A stretch of 64,000 nt of DNA, taken from assembly GCA_002633005.1 (NCBI GenBank), contig NMRA01000306.1, positions 50,201 through 114,200 of the forward strand, given 5' to 3'. Shown piece by piece: positions 24,481 to 39,500 of this stretch. Both the position numbers and the translations under genes were made by a program. How positions within the stretch are numbered: position 1 is the first letter of the stretch; every line of letters starts with the position of its first letter. A model generated the notes under the pieces. That model did no database searches and was not told the DNA's origin. It saw nothing but the letters and a program-made list of their open reading frames with translations. Origin of the DNA: Phoronis australis (Eukaryota > Animalia > Phoronida).

Positions 24481-26906
24481 TCACATGAACCGTAAAAACA
24501 ATCTTTTTTTGCTGAAAAATTCGACGTGTCTAAAACTTTCATGCACACGACTCTACTTTTGTAAAAACACGCTTGCGCAATGTAAAGTAATTCAGTTACT
24601 TTTTGTTAATAGGTTTATTTTAAATTACATTCAGCTTTCGTACCAAATATTCAAGTTAGAGTCTAATAAATAGTTTTTGAAGTGGTAATATTAAAACTTA
24701 AAAAATATTTATAACCAGAGACACTTCCGGCAAAAATGTGACATTCACAAGTTAATGAAAAGCCAATTAATTAATTAATTAATTTAATAATTGAAATCTT
24801 TCTGGAAGTGGTCTTATTCTATTGGTAAACAACGTCAGCATTTGCAAGACTTCCCTTTTATTGCCGGTTTATTGATTTTCTTACATCGGCGTAAACATTT
24901 TTCTGGATTCTGAGTACCTCAAATATTAGCTCTTGGCTTCTATACAAAAAGTATGCCGCTAAAATTTGTTCTTGGTGTGCTTTTTTGATGTTCATCACGT
25001 TTTTTAAATAATAATAGAGGGTCACCGACTTTATGTTTAGCTATTTTAGCTCAACCAGCGTGACATTAGAATTCACAATCGGCCTAAAAAACTTGCCACT
25101 TTTAAGATCACGATTGTCTCGCTGCATTCCATTAAATATCGATTACGGTATGTTGTTAGTAATTTTGAAATCAGCTTAGTGCACGTGACCAACCTAAGAG
25201 GAGAAATTTCAAGTTAACAGGTCTACAACGAATTGAGTCGCACCTGTACGTATTTTGCAGGAATGACATCATTGCGAGATTTGATGTCGCGCGCTTTTGT
25301 TTCAACGAATTAATCAGTGTCGCAAAACAACGACTGCTTTACGAATTTTTGGCAAAAAGGGTGTCCAACCCTCTGGTAACTAGACAACAGCTTTGATCTC
25401 AGCGAATGCCTGGCATTCAACGCCGGAAATTGGCGATAGTCACAAAGACATAACAATTGTTTTAAAGATCTGGTCGAAGCTAAACACTTCAAAAAGCGCA
25501 ATAATAATCCCAAAGCATGCTCGCACGCAGCCTAAAATAAAGGGGGTCGAACTTTTCCATATGCGGACCTTTTACTGAAAGAAATCAAGTAGGACAAAAC
25601 AACGGGGCTACTAGGATCAGGCCCACGAATTGTGCATCCGCGCCGACTTCCTGCGGATTTTGTGGACTTTTGTCTCGTTTACTCGGACTTTTTGTTTCAC
25701 TGAGGCGGACATTTTTGCCCAATTCGCAAAACAAAGGAGCGTTTTTCAAGAATCTATATTACCAAATCACAGATAGGATAGGAAGGTAAAATTATTCCGA
25801 GGACTAACAGACAAAAATTACTTAGTCAAACTTTACCCCCTGGTTGCTACTATTTTCGATTCCGCCTCCTACGTACAGTGAAAAATGTATCGTCACTTAT
25901 TTTAGAACAACCCTCATCCATACTAGCCTACTTTAGCCCCCGGGGTCCGGTGTACTCGTCAATTTGGCGCCTAGGGAAACCCTCATCATTGAAAACCGTC
26001 CTGTTGGTTCATGGAACTCTTTGTTTTGAGAGTTGGCGTTGGTAATAACGAATAGAACAATCGGAATTAGTTGATCGCTTCAGCTGGAAAAATTTGCCGG
26101 CGATTTTCGATTTTAGCGCTGTAGCATTTGAAAGCACATGTCAAAACATTCTCGTCCTAACAGACTACAATGGTCACGTACATAGTAACGACACTGCTAT
26201 TCGCACATAACAGAAATACACACAGCACATCAGTTACGCCGACACATGAGACTTTCCTCCAATTTGCCACATTTTCTTGTTTCTGTTTATAACGGCAGAG
26301 TTCCTTATGATGCACAAAAAATAATGTCGTTTTCAAAGAGAACGGGGTCTTTGAATCATTTTGCTGTCGTTTATCAAACAAATGTACATGTCTGCTGTTG
26401 ATTTCTTTTTTGAAGTACAAATAAAACAAAACAATCTCCCACGTGGGAGAACAATTTGATTAGCGCATGTCTCCGTGTGAAGGACATATCAGATGATCAA
26501 CCGAGAGATCGATTGGAGTGAAAATATCGACCTCAAATGGCTGCTGAAACACACACACTTCACTGCAAAACTCATATCACCGTAATTTAGTCGTGTAACG
26601 TACGCAGATAACAACATCTTAGAGAAAACTCAATTGGTGATTTCCCTTTCCGTAACACGGAGGCCTAACAGTCTAAAAATACAGCTGCAAATTTTCTTCA
26701 TTCTCAGCAAGACGTTCATGAGAACAGACGAGATTTGGTTCCAACCAGTTTTGATTAAAAATGTGAATAACAGAGGAGAGGAAATACAGACCGATGTACA
26801 CATATATATGCATCTCTTGAAGTTATCTATTGTGATTAGAGCTATAAAACTGAAAAATCTGTTGTTTTGGAGATTTTATTAAATGGCTGATTCCCAACAA
26901 AGGCTT

Positions 26907-28010
26907 TCAAGTCAAGTCAAGTCATTTTAATTATAGTCGGTTCAGTGAAACAAAGAGAAAACATTAGCCATAGGTTAGTACACCGACAAATAAATACAAA
27001 AATAAGTAAAAATATATAACTATGTGAAATTAAAGCAAAATTTAAAATACTATTTACAAGGTTAACAAAGTTGAGCAATTAGCACTATAGGAAGGAGATT
27101 GTTTTTGATTAAAAATCCCAGATTCTGCACTTACAGGGAGACTGTGTCCATGCGTTTGTATGCTGCATAAAAGTCTTTAAATGTAGGCACGATCACGCCT
27201 CCTTTGATGATGAATTCCACAAATTAGAGCCATAGGCTCTGAAAGATGGACCATACCGAGTAGTTCTGCACTGAGGGATGTTTATCCTATTGAATGATCT
27301 CAAGTTATATGGGGTCCTGCGAATTGTGAGAACGTCCCACAGAAATGGGTGTGACAAGTGGTTCAAAATTTTGAAAGCCTGTTTTAGAATCATCCTCTGT
27401 CTACCAAGCTCAAGAGTAGGCAGATTAGCTCTGATTCAGTAACAGTGTTTCACATGAGCTAGAGAAATCATCGAATACAAGACGCAGAGCCCTACATTGA
27501 ACTCGTTCAATCTTTTGTGTATTGACTTGGCCACAAAAATGCCAGATTAAAGCACAGTAGAGAAACTGGGATAAAATAAAACATTGAAATATCATCCGGC
27601 TACTAGGGTCTAGAATCGTAGCCAGACGGTGTAAAACATTGAGCTGTGCTCCTGCCTTTCGACATAAAACTTCAGTATGATTGTTAAAACTCAGGTCCTC
27701 ATCGATTACAACACCAAGTAATTTAACGTCCACCTCACTGGTGATTTTGGCTCCTTTAACCTCTTAACGTTCTTGGAGTCACGAAGAAATATAGAATGAA
27801 ATTTTGATGGATTTGCCTCTGTCATATTTGCTTGAACCAGGTAATTGCTTTTGAATACTTAGGTGTCAGTATGGCAATGACTTCATCCCGTGTGCGAGCA
27901 CTTGCTGAGAGAGTGTTGTCATCGGCATAATTATACAACTGTGCCTGAGTAAATAAGACACTGATATCATTCACAAAAATATTGAACAGAAGTGGACCCA
28001 TGATGGAGGA
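26907..28010 (-). mobile_element. 5'-truncated, frameshifted L2/CR1-clade LINE (RT C-terminus)
   Basis: SIMGPLLFNIFVND and NYADDN near 27916-28008; KLLGVVIDEDLSF...YCALIWHF...KIERVQ.RALR; PYNLR..RYG.SF...G..LWN; (ACTTG)n 3' tail at 26907-26924. Confidence 0.9.
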
Positions 28011-29621
28011 TTCATTTCAGTCAAAATTAACTGAAATCGAAGTGGCGTCCTCATTGGCTATTAAGTTGCTGGGCGCACGTGAAAGTAGCCAACACCTAGG
28101 TTTATAGGCTGATCACAACCGGCGTGAAAACAAAACAAGGGCTTATCTCCCGAGTATGTGAGAAAATTAAATGAGTCGAAGCACATTGAAGTCGTAACCT
28201 TTCTACATCAGACATTTGAGATCGAAATTGAGCACTCCCCTGTCGTGTGAAACAGCAAGGTTTTCTCTGCAACCGGAAGGGTTTGAATTCTTTTCCAGTC
28301 TCTCGGAAATAGCTTGCATTCACACACTTAAATTTGATTGATTTCAAGCATAAACCTAAAATTATTTTTAAAACGATAATAATGTTTCCTGTCTTCGCTA
28401 ATCAACCGATTAAATCCTTAGTGTTAAATCTTTTAACAAATTCAGTCTAATTGGCAACATTTTACAAAACTCCTTTTCTTCTAAATCGCCAAATCCGCTT
28501 TGAAAACCCGACAACCTAATAATTATAGTTTTTAACGTATGGAGTTTGGGAGTATCTACAGTAACTATGAGCAGAGTACTGTGCTGTTGGACATCATGCG
28601 TGAACTCTAAACTAGCATGCAGGGCACAGTGAGATTGTGAAAACGGACGCGAAAAAAAAAACGGATCCACATTAGAAAATCGAAGCATTTTCATGTAAAA
28701 GCTCCGAACAATTGTTGGAATGTTTTCTGCGAAAAATTCCAGTAATTCTGTTCAACTTTGCGCATCTTATTTGTGATGGGACGTTAGTAACTGTACGTTT
28801 ATTGTTATGCTTATTAAGTTGTTATTGTCCATTTATTCTTATGCTGATGTCTTTGTTGCGTCTCAGTGCGCCTTTGTTATGTGTGTATGCGGGCGCGACC
28901 GTTTGTGTCCGACACTTCGCTAGCGACAGAAGGGTGTGTTTCCTTCTTTCTTTGGCAACTATGGATTGAGCGTATATAATTTCGAACTGAACTGTAATGT
29001 ACATATATGTGTAAGGTGAAATACACATTTTAGTGTTCTTTGGAGATTTGATTTGTTACATATTCATGCTACATTGACGCCGATTTCTCGTCTATAAACA
29101 CACCTCCGATTACAAAACATTGCTTTGGACCACTTACCGTTTAGAAATCGGCCGAAAATCGGTCCCTAGTTTTAGAGATTCAGCGTTAAGAAAGAAATGA
29201 CCGTTGTATTTTGCTAAAACCAGACAGTCTACAAGTCACTGTGTGCCATTTCGGACCTCAATAAATAACAAACAATTGTTTGCAAACTCATAAAATCACT
29301 TGTCTTTTGATTAAGGAACAAATTGAGACCAATTTTATAGCGGCATTTGGTGGTCCAAATCAAAGTTTTTACTTCTTGGACGGAACGCGTGCTTCTATCC
29401 GCTTTACGTTGTGACAAGAGTTTTATCTCTCCATGATATCTGTGTTAACAAAAACTGCCATATTTGTACCATAATGTTTGTATTCTATTATTAACAATGC
29501 TGAAATTTTCGAGGTTTCCTCCAAAAAGCCGAGACTTTAAGGCGCCTAGACATTTGACTGTACTATAAATATAGACTATGTATATAACAAATCTACAAGA
29601 AACAATGCGTGTTTGGCCCTT

Positions 29622-29783
29622 TCAGTAAAACTGTAATGGGATCAGTAAAACTGTAATGGGATCAGTAAAACTGTAATGGGATCAGTAAAACTGTAATGGG
29701 ATCAGTAAAACTGTAATGGGATCAGTAAAACTGTAATGGGATCAGTAAAACTGTAATGGGATCAGTAAAACTGTAATGGGATC
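29622..29783. repeat. Perfect 20-bp minisatellite x8 (CAGTAAAACTGTAATGGGAT)
   Basis: Eight identical head-to-tail units with no spacers. Confidence 0.97.
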
Positions 29784-30890
29784 GCAACATGTGTGACAAA
29801 ATAATGTTGCAATTTTACCTTTAAAGTCACAAATTGTTTCCACCTCACAAACAATCGCTCATCTTTCGTCAATCGCAGCAATTTTTGTTAATTAAATCTC
29901 ATCCTTGAAACTTGTTTTACAAGCATTGTCAGGTAATTTAGTTAATAATTCCCGAAGTAGGAATGACGTCAAACGAGCTGACCGCTAGAGACATTGTGCT
30001 AGCAATTTACGCTTGAATATGACTAGGATGTCATAATGCATTACTTTGGGTGGAAACATGGACTATATATACCTATAGTACAGCATAACTAATATACGCT
30101 GGATACACGTACGGTATTAGACCTTCTTACGTAGAGTTGGATCCTTGAAAATGAGACATACAATACTGAACAAGTTACGCAATTAAAAAAATAACTTCTG
30201 GATCTACCATTGGTCACGTGGCCCTGAATAGCTTCTGGAGTAACTGCTCTCTTGTTCCATACTAAAACAGTTTTGTGAATGTTAGAATATAAAGTCGTCT
30301 AGTCTCACAAACCGTTCCGTAGAAAACCAGCGTTTTATTTAGACCACTCACGCTTATGATTGCTAAGTATTCATAGGAGACGATAATTTCTGATGTCGAA
30401 CTCGAAATTAGCTCACTAATAATTTATTTGTGTGTGAAATCAAGGAAAGTGTTTATTATTAAGTGCTAGAGTACAGTGAGTTTTATGCAAGTGAGGTTGT
30501 AGTCCAAGTTTGCATTTGACCTCTAGATTTGATCTAAAAAGTCAAATAAAACTCGATATTTCGAGTGAAAACTGGAACGTTTAATCTTAATGATGGTATC
30601 AATAACGCAAAACTGAAGATTAAATAGTTATCCATGATGTAGACACTCACCTTTATTCCGCATAGAAGTAGAATAAGAAAAATGTCAAAAAATACATTTG
30701 AGTTCGATCTGGAGTAAAAAGATAAGACATTGCCCAGGAATTGGAAAAGCGGACACTTGGTTATTCTACACGTAGTTGTTTGAGGTCAAGGACGTCGCTT
30801 GTCGTTTTATTCGCCGAGCATGCCCAGTGACAACCATCAGTTCTCTTAAGGCCCAAAGACCACTCACATGTCTTGCTAGAGAACAAAAAA

Positions 30891-31066
30891 GACCACTATA
30901 TAATATTAAATGGTCAAAATAAACAGCGTGTTTTTTCACGGAACTCGGGTTCATCATAGCAGCTTTCACTCCTTACCAGAGTACGGAAGAGACCAATATA
31001 TAACGATAAATGGTTCAAATAAAAAGCGTGTTTTTCCACGGAACCCGGGTTCATCATAGCAGCTTT
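30891..31066. repeat. Two-copy ~100-bp tandem duplication
   Basis: GACCA.TATATAA...CGGGTTCATCATAGCAGCTTT at 30891 and 30991. Confidence 0.8.
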
Positions 31067-31134
31067 AGCTTTAAAAACTGTTAAGTTTTGCCTTAAACAA
31101 TACACACCATGGATTTTTGCACATTTCGAATTAC

Positions 31135-32051
31135 CGGTGGCCACAGACTAAATGTATGACGTAAAATTTAGCCAAATCCATGATTATTTTGTGTCATTAG
31201 CTCGAAATTTTGATTTCTCTTTCAATTTTGCCAATTTTCACATTTCCCGCCATGTGACATCATGGGTTGAACACAAGAGATCAGCGACTAGCATTGAACA
31301 ACGGCGGAGAGTAGGGAATTTGAAAGCGACAACAATTATGAGTAAGAAATGAACAAATACTATGAAGAAACGTACGACAATGGTGGCCAGGATGACGAAA
31401 TGGGGTTACACGAAAGCGAGAACAAGTTTGATATGTTTTCAGCTGCGTACTTTTCTACTTTGAGGCCTTACGAACTGGATCCTCCCGCGAGAGAAGCGGC
31501 CTCGGGCTCGGCCAGTCAACCCAGTCATCCAACAGACGATCCTGAATAAAGAGTCGATGTTTCTGAATAGTAAATATTGTCCTTTATTGAACCAGGCCTT
31601 CATCGTAACATCTCCTCTCATTGGAGTCGAAACACGACTCCTCAAAATGAGCAGAACACAGAGTGGCTCCGGACAGAATCGCTTGGTCCACGCTGAGGTC
31701 CCGCACTCTCATTCGGCGCACGAAGCGATACCACTACTGCGCAACTTTGGCGTCCTTCGGAACACCGAGACGTTCTCCGTCTGACTGCTGTTGCTGCAGC
31801 CTCCGCAAACACATCTTTTCATCCCTCTACGAACCTTCTCGACGCTAAATATACTTTACTTTCACTTCACTCTATTCACTTAGTTGCTGATTGAACAGTG
31901 TGCCGAACGACTTAGGTTCAACCCATGACGTTGTACATAATTATTATTTTTTTCAATTTGTACGTGTTTCGTTATGAGCTGTGCACTAAAGGCACTGAAA
32001 GTTATAATAATAAAATTTATTTTGAGGGTCTAGAGTTATGTTGCGTACACT
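31135..32051. mobile_element. Kolobok-like internally deleted DNA transposon, copy 1
   Basis: Right end ...GTACACT|TTAA; decayed THAP on the - strand (31822-31587); PYELDP...RVDVSE stub on the + strand (31349-31569); left end approximate. Confidence 0.75.
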
Positions 32052-33528
32052 TTAATTGGGACTAATTTTGATGTGGAAGTTTCAAAGTTTGGAAGTTGAG
32101 ATAGATCTTAAACTTTAAGTCTAGAATGAAGTTAAGTCGGTTTCTTGTAACCTGTCCCTGGACGACAGTGAACATATCAACATCTGCTTTTGTCCGCCAT
32201 AATTCTTTCGAGGTGCAATTTCTGAGAGTGAACTAGGCCCTTGACCACCAAACATCACTCGAAACTCGACTCGAAAATTAGCCAATGACACTGCATGAAA
32301 TTGGAATAAATCACAAAAATCCATCTCATTCTTACATGTAGATGTGTCCGAATAAATATTGATTAAGTAATTAGTAAGAATAGATCCATTTTAAGTTGCC
32401 CAAAATTTGTGCAAATGTACTTTTAAATCATGGGGTCAGACTTGTTGACATGTATTTTAACGTCAAAATCTATTTTTAGATGGTGTTTACAACTTTGGAT
32501 TCTGGGGTCAAAGTACTCTAGAGATTCTAGAATATTCTGAGAACAAATTCTAACATCCAATAATACGAGTGGATATGAAAATGTGGTTTTTATTAGCCAA
32601 TCACTAAATAAGTAGAACGTTATATTATGGGCTGAAATCAACAAGATAATTAGATGCGCTATAGTAGTTGAAGCACAAAGACTTGCTACGGTGTACAGAA
32701 GCAATTGTACGACAGAGCCATCTCGTGGAAGATTCTAGAAAGGATCTTGGCAAGGGCAAGGGTTAACGAACAGGAAGTTAACTAAGAGCTTGTCACTTGC
32801 ATTGTGGGTAGTAAGATACTACCTGAAGTGTTGCGTCATCAGCCAGAGACAGTGACCAGCAAGTACACTGTGTAGTTCGAAGATTTACCAACAGGACAGA
32901 CATCCAATAAGTGGAGAGTCCTAGCTTGGATAGCAGATAAGACATTTGATTGTTTTGGATGTTTGATTAAAGTAATCTTTAAAGAGGGCGCTAGCGTAGT
33001 TACTCTTTGTAGTTGATTACTTAATTAACAATATGTTTCATTTGTCTAATTAGGGGTTATCATATAATAAATTAATTACTGGATTTGATTGTTCACTCTC
33101 CATCTACGCACAATCTCAAAGCATAGCTACCTTTTAAACAAACCCACAGTCAATCGTCTGACAAGATGTATATGGAATAAATACTCAAGGTGAGAAGAGC
33201 ATTTCGTCAACCAACGAGTTGAGTCTTGAGTACGATTGATGGTCACGGTCCTTTTGTTTTGGAACGACGTCAGTGCCTAATTTTCTAATTGTACACAGAG
33301 CACGAGATGCTGTGGCCGAATGCGGGTTTGCTCTAAATCCAAGTTTTACAAAAAAAGAGATTGCTAAGATAAGGAAAAGTCCGAGAGCAATTTATTGCTT
33401 TTTAATCGTGGCATTTCATGAATATTTTTGAAATCCATAGTATATACTTTATTCAAGCTTACGACAAAACTTAGTATTGGAGTGACTGGTAGTATTGAAG
33501 CTTTTGCCGTAACTAAAAATAGGATCGC

Positions 33529-36500
33529 TAGTACAGTCATTCTACGGATAACCCGGTAGTAATTGCATCAGACAGTTTTATTGCATAAATCGTATCCTCT
33601 CATACCCCCTAGTGCGGGGAAAAAATCTACCGGACGGAACCGGGGTGGTGGAAGTTGTTTTTTCAAGATGGCGGACAAAATGACCATTATAACTCGAGAG
33701 CGGAATGTGATAGAGTAAAAATTCAAAAAGGTTTACGTATCTTCTGTGGAACAACAAATCCATTGGCTGCGGTGACAAAATTCGCCATTTTCCAAGATGG
33801 CCGCCAAAACTACTTTGAGTCGCACAACTTCGCACGAACAGATTAGTGTATCGTCTTTATTCAAACATCGCATCATTCGTTTTCTGGGTCGACTACTCCA
33901 TTGAGACTCATTGCGTTTGGCTCTAATCATTACTTCCACCATTTTCTAATATTGCCACCAAATAGTTGCTTCGTGTAAGACAGAGACACGCCATCTTCAC
34001 AGATTTCATATTCTGAGTTTCAGAGATCAACATGTCCATCAAAATTAATTTTGTCTGGCACTGATTTATACGACTACCATTTTCAAGATTGTTAAACAGA
34101 TAACTTATTTGGGTGAAAAACATCAGGTTCACCTGGACTGAAGGGTCATTCTCCGTAAAAAATGTGCTGTGTCGAAAATAATTCTCCGCGATTAATTCAG
34201 CAATGTACTATCCACTCCAATTGACCGTTTGTGTCACCTCCAGTTAGATGTAAATGCTATTGAATACAGCAACAGTTGATACAGGAGAAAGGTTTAGTAA
34301 GGTATGTTTAGCAAGTTAAACAGTTAATAAGCGCTTGAACAGCTCCCACTAGGCTTCTCTTTAGTGATGTTACAGGTGTGTTCGAAGCAGTAATTCTCAG
34401 TCTGTGATCAAAGTCTATACACAACCAACAAGTATTTCCACAACTATTCTCTTTCAACTAAGAATAAATTGCTGCAGCTTATATCACTGCATTCTCCACA
34501 TGCAACCGAGCATGGCAATTCTAACTTCTTGTGAGTACATCTCTTGGAACTGCAGGTGGTCTTGCACGAGCATCTTACTATCAGCAGGTTCTCTGATGCT
34601 GCACGCTGGTCGGTTGTCATGGGAATAGGTTTTCCACCTGACAGCATCCATCCTCAATCAAGCGGGTCTAGCTCACTGCTACTGATACTTGACCACTCTT
34701 GTTTTTGTCCTGGCAGCAAAGAATTTACCTGCTGAAGCAGTTGTTGGTAATGTCTGTATTTGGACTTGGGCTACGGTTGATGACACCTTTTCCACAAATC
34801 GCCTGCATTGCAAGTCATTTAAATTTCCAGAGCAAGTACCGCCATAAAGCACAAATATTTTACCGCCTTCAAATATGTCTTCCTTCAGTTGCATCAGGTC
34901 TAGTGAATACTCTAGCCTTTTCGCAGAATTCTCGATCAGCAGTTTCTTGAATGGGAGAGCCTTTGCTAATACCGAACAGCTGTAATGTTGTGTTGCAACC
35001 ACCTATTGCATGCGCAAATGGCAAAAGGGCGCAAGTTTCGGCACCAAGAGACAACTGTAGTTTCTTGATGTCCTAGACTCTACTCTCGTTTCGGTGCCTC
35101 TTGTGAGGTCTTGAATAATGAAAGTTGTTCTGAAGTAGCATGGCAACACAAAAGAACCACCAATCTCTATCGTCTGCAATGAAAAACAACAGTAATCTGG
35201 GTGTACTTGCTAACGTAATCCACATAAGCTCTACCAACTGACTGAAACGGTGCACTTCTAGGTCATAGAATACAGTGAAGGAGAGAATCGCTGTCGATTG
35301 CATGGATCACTGTGTTTTCTGGAAATTGGTAATCTTCAGGTAGGTCGGGCTCCACTGGATCAGAGTGCATCAGCTCAGCCACTCTGGGAAGACCTGATGT
35401 ATCAAAACGAGCAGGGGAACAAACACACAGCTCAAACTTCAAAAGGATTGATAAAAATTCACTGCAATTGTCTTTTGCAGCTGTCGGTAATCGCTGAAAT
35501 AGCAGTTGTGGATCCACTTGTGTAAAGTCATTATTGGCAACATGAACTAGAGGACTTGTCATTGCCACAACTTGTCTTTCTTTCTGAATGTTCAATCCAT
35601 TAAACTCGACCCCTCTATAGACGAGAGGATTGCCTCCCGCGCTTCTCTGGCATTTTCGGCATTGACGCGTGTGCATGCAATCACAACAGTGGCGATGTTC
35701 TGTAACCCCTCTCAAATGGGTTTTTGTTGTGGAGGAATTCAACAAGGTTGAACATGTCTTTGTCATCTCGCGACTGTCTTGCCAGGGTACATTCTTTATG
35801 CTGCTCACTTGTTTCGCAACTCAAGTTTGTCATACTCTGCATTGCGCCATTTATACTTGAGCATGCATGCCGGCATGTAAAGCGGCTACATTGCATGCTG
35901 CGTATCTCCCATCACGCAACCTCTTGTTAAACCTACTGATTTAATGGTTTTTATTAGCATTTGTTCAATTACAAGGACAGATGGCAAACCTGTCCAGAGA
36001 GTAACACTTGGTGTTATGGCATGGTGGCCGTTAATAAAGGTGCTGTAGACGTCTGGATGGGTGTCTTTGAGTTGGTGCATCTTCTGCAAGTACATGTATG
36101 CAGATTTTGCATATGAGATGTAATCAGCAGCTGCAAACTACGACAGCATATTAGAAACTACTTTTAGGTGAAGTTCCCAATCTAACGTTATTTCTGCTTT
36201 TAGAAAAAGTTTAAGGATGTCATCCATTTTCATATACTTTAGCCAGAGACTTTGCCAAGACAAGTCTGATTTATGTGCTTCGTTTTTTATGGATGCTTAC
36301 AAGGCACTCCGACAAGCATACATTGCCACACATAGACGTCATGCCAGCAATAAGATCATCATACAGTTTCAGACCAGCTTTCAAATCATCACCAAGTATA
36401 TCAGTGGCCATTGATTCTTCTGAAAAATCATTTTATCTGCAAATTTTGAAGACCTATACTCTGATTCAGTCCTGTTTGAATATACCAGTGGCAGTATGTC

Positions 36501-39500
36501 GGAAGCCAGAAGTGAACTCTCGTGAGTGTATTCCACTGTTATCCAAGGTTCAGAATCGGAAGACACTGCCTGCGCATTGCATGTCCCAGTGTATACATCT
36601 ATAGTTATGTGTTCAGTTGAGATGTCTGAAGAATCTACCTCCATATATTCTGAAGAGCCAACGTTTGTGTTAAAGCATTGAGTTGCTCTACCTCTTGGCA
36701 CGGAATCTGTGTTCTGTGTTGGTGACATTCGGGACTCCTGGAGTTTCTGAAGAATCGGAACTTCTTTCTTGGAGTCCTGAAGTCATTGGTTCAGGATTGG
36801 CGATACTTGATCTGTCACACACCGTGAATAATAGGATATTACGCCTTTCTAAAGATATGCGGGAATTTTCACCGCTCGTCCTTCTGAGCGGCTTTCACCA
36901 GTTGTGATGACCGCATTGCCCGATGCGAGCAAAACCCAATTAAACGTAATTACCCGACCATAAACTGTATTAAACATCTCTGATTGCACGCACTGGCGAA
37001 TTTTCAAAATGCATTAACCACTAATTTTAATTTTTCGTTAAAAACGAATACCAGGGCGGTATTGAGCTGAAAAAAAGAACCAAGTACGGTTTTCAATTTT
37101 TAAAAATCAACCATTGAGTACATTGTACAATTGAAGATGAACTAGCGCGCGTATTGATATACTTGGTGGATATACAAACGCTGATCAGAGTTAACAATAT
37201 CACATGGATTCATTTTTTAATATTCTTTCACATCTCGTTTAATCAGATTTTAGACCAGGAAACAGTTGTACTTAACTTGTGCCCACTTTTCATTTTTTTA
37301 TTACTGACAAAGAACTAATAAAATAGATAAATATTCAGTGCCACCAAATTGTCCAAAGATTCCAAAACTTCAGTTCTGATTATCACCATATTTGCCCTTT
37401 TGTATATTTTATGATTTGAGTTCTAATAAAGATTAAACTTCAATGACACGTGAAATGTTTAGTCTAGGCCTACCTGTAATGTGGAAGGTTCAGGGATGGG
37501 CTCACAATGAACTTAACTACTTAAGTTTCGCTGGCGCGGTAAGAAAAAAAACAAGTGGGCAGAAGCATTAAAAATTAAATAGCGAAAACCAATATGAAAC
37601 GTAACGTTCCTTTAAGAAGTGGCCCTTTGTGAAGATAAATACAAGTTAACCTTTTTAGTCATTTTGTAATATATATAATGTACCGAGTTAAAGCTACTCT
37701 CCCGAGTTGCAGGCTGTAACTCTGCAAATGTCAGAGAAAACCAAATTGGCGTTTCTAACAACAATTGTTGAGACTGTAATGCTAGCTATTATCTTTCCAC
37801 TTCATTAGCTCAAATCATCAATACAAAGGGCTTGCTGAATAGGCATCGTAAACGTTGTCTGGGGCTAAGGGAATCGGAGCGGTGACTAATGTAAGCGGAA
37901 AATTCTTCACCTGAATATTTGGAAGTGGGATGTTGAATGCTCTGGCTGTGATGATACCATTCAGTGCTGAGTCTACCAACATATCCCCCTCCCTGCTCTA
38001 TCCACACATTTTCAATTTAACATATGGATCACACTGTTTGGTGAATACACTGTCTCCAGAACTTGAAGCCTGTTGCCTGAAATTACGTATCCAATAAATC
38101 CCAGAAAGCTCATCTCGGTATGAAATCCGCCAAGACTTGCTAAGAACAAGTGACTGCAGATCACTGTCGTTTGGTTTGCTGGCACTAATTTCCTTTCAAA
38201 TCAGTTACCTATGTTCATAAAAAGCATGTATATTACACCAATGTTGAGTACTAAATGCTAAAAATTTAATTAATAACTTTTTGTTACACAAATTTATTTA
38301 TATTTCATCAAATTCAGGTGAAATCAGCTATCAAATTCTCCACTCATGTCGATAGCAAAAGAAATCTTTGCATGGGAACAACTGATAATATCTCCCTTAG
38401 CATAGAGCAAAGCCACTTCCTGCCCAATGTGATTCAAGGTTTGTGTACTGAATAAGCCAATAAATCCATCAGAATGGGGCTATTCGGAAAATCTACAATA
38501 ACTAGAGGGCGTGCGTGTACTAGTGGTGATAGATTAACAGCCTCGATTTCGCGAGCCCTTTAAATACATGGTGAAATGGCTTGCAGCCGTGCCAACTGAA
38601 TCTGAGATTGCGTAAAAAGGGTGCTTCTATGAGAGGAAGTAAGCACGACCTCATACAAAGGTAAGGTTTGTGATTATTTTAACGATTATTCCATGATTAT
38701 TCTACCGATGCCTGTTAACTGAGGCACTCGCCGATGTCGACTTCGCGGCAGTCAGTCGCCAGCCAGAGTCTGGTTAATCTTTGTATGTTGTGATATGTGA
38801 TACGATACTTGACGTAGCAATCGGGATCTTTTCGTACATCAAAGCATTATTATTGTTTGGAATGATTTCTAAAAGTTTATCAGTGACAGTTACATCAATC
38901 AATGCTGAATGTTTATGCTGTCAACTCGATACAGGTTAATGAGTTAAGATTACAATCCAATCCCAATGGCAAAGGGTACGTGAGTGATAAATATCCATTG
39001 CATTAGACTATTTGTTTACTCCCTATCATATGTCTTCTGGAAATCTATTACACGTTGAAATGGAAATCTATCACGTCAGTTTTCACGTAACCTTTGGTTT
39101 TTAGGTTTGAAGGCTTGTACCGTGCAGAGGAGATATGCATCGCTTCTGCACCGTCCCTGAATGGACAAAAATTGGTTTTTAGCATTTGACTGCAGCTAAC
39201 CAACAAGATCTTCCCATCCAGTGCAGATCTGTTGTCAAAGCCTACTTTCAATATTGGAGACAACGAACAAAGCCTTTGAAAAGGAACAGCTATTTTTAAA
39301 GTCATTTTGTTAAATTACTTATTCAGGTCCCGAGGGGGGATTGGCATGGGGGGTTGTAATATTTGGTACAACTGAATGTGTGGAAATAACAGGTAATACA
39401 TGTTTGGGGAAAAGAGCATGGTGAGGTAATTCTTAACCTTCACGAAGTCCCTTCAAGTTGATTTCATGAAACTGTTTTGCTACTTGTATCAATTGTAAAA

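Noticed and set aside
29622-29783. CRISPR array
   Set aside because: The repeats are contiguous with no unique spacers, the context is eukaryotic, and no cas genes are present.
33610-33640. TAGTGCGGGG as the Academ terminus
   Set aside because: No matching inverted copy; the true TIR pair is at 33529 and 42710.
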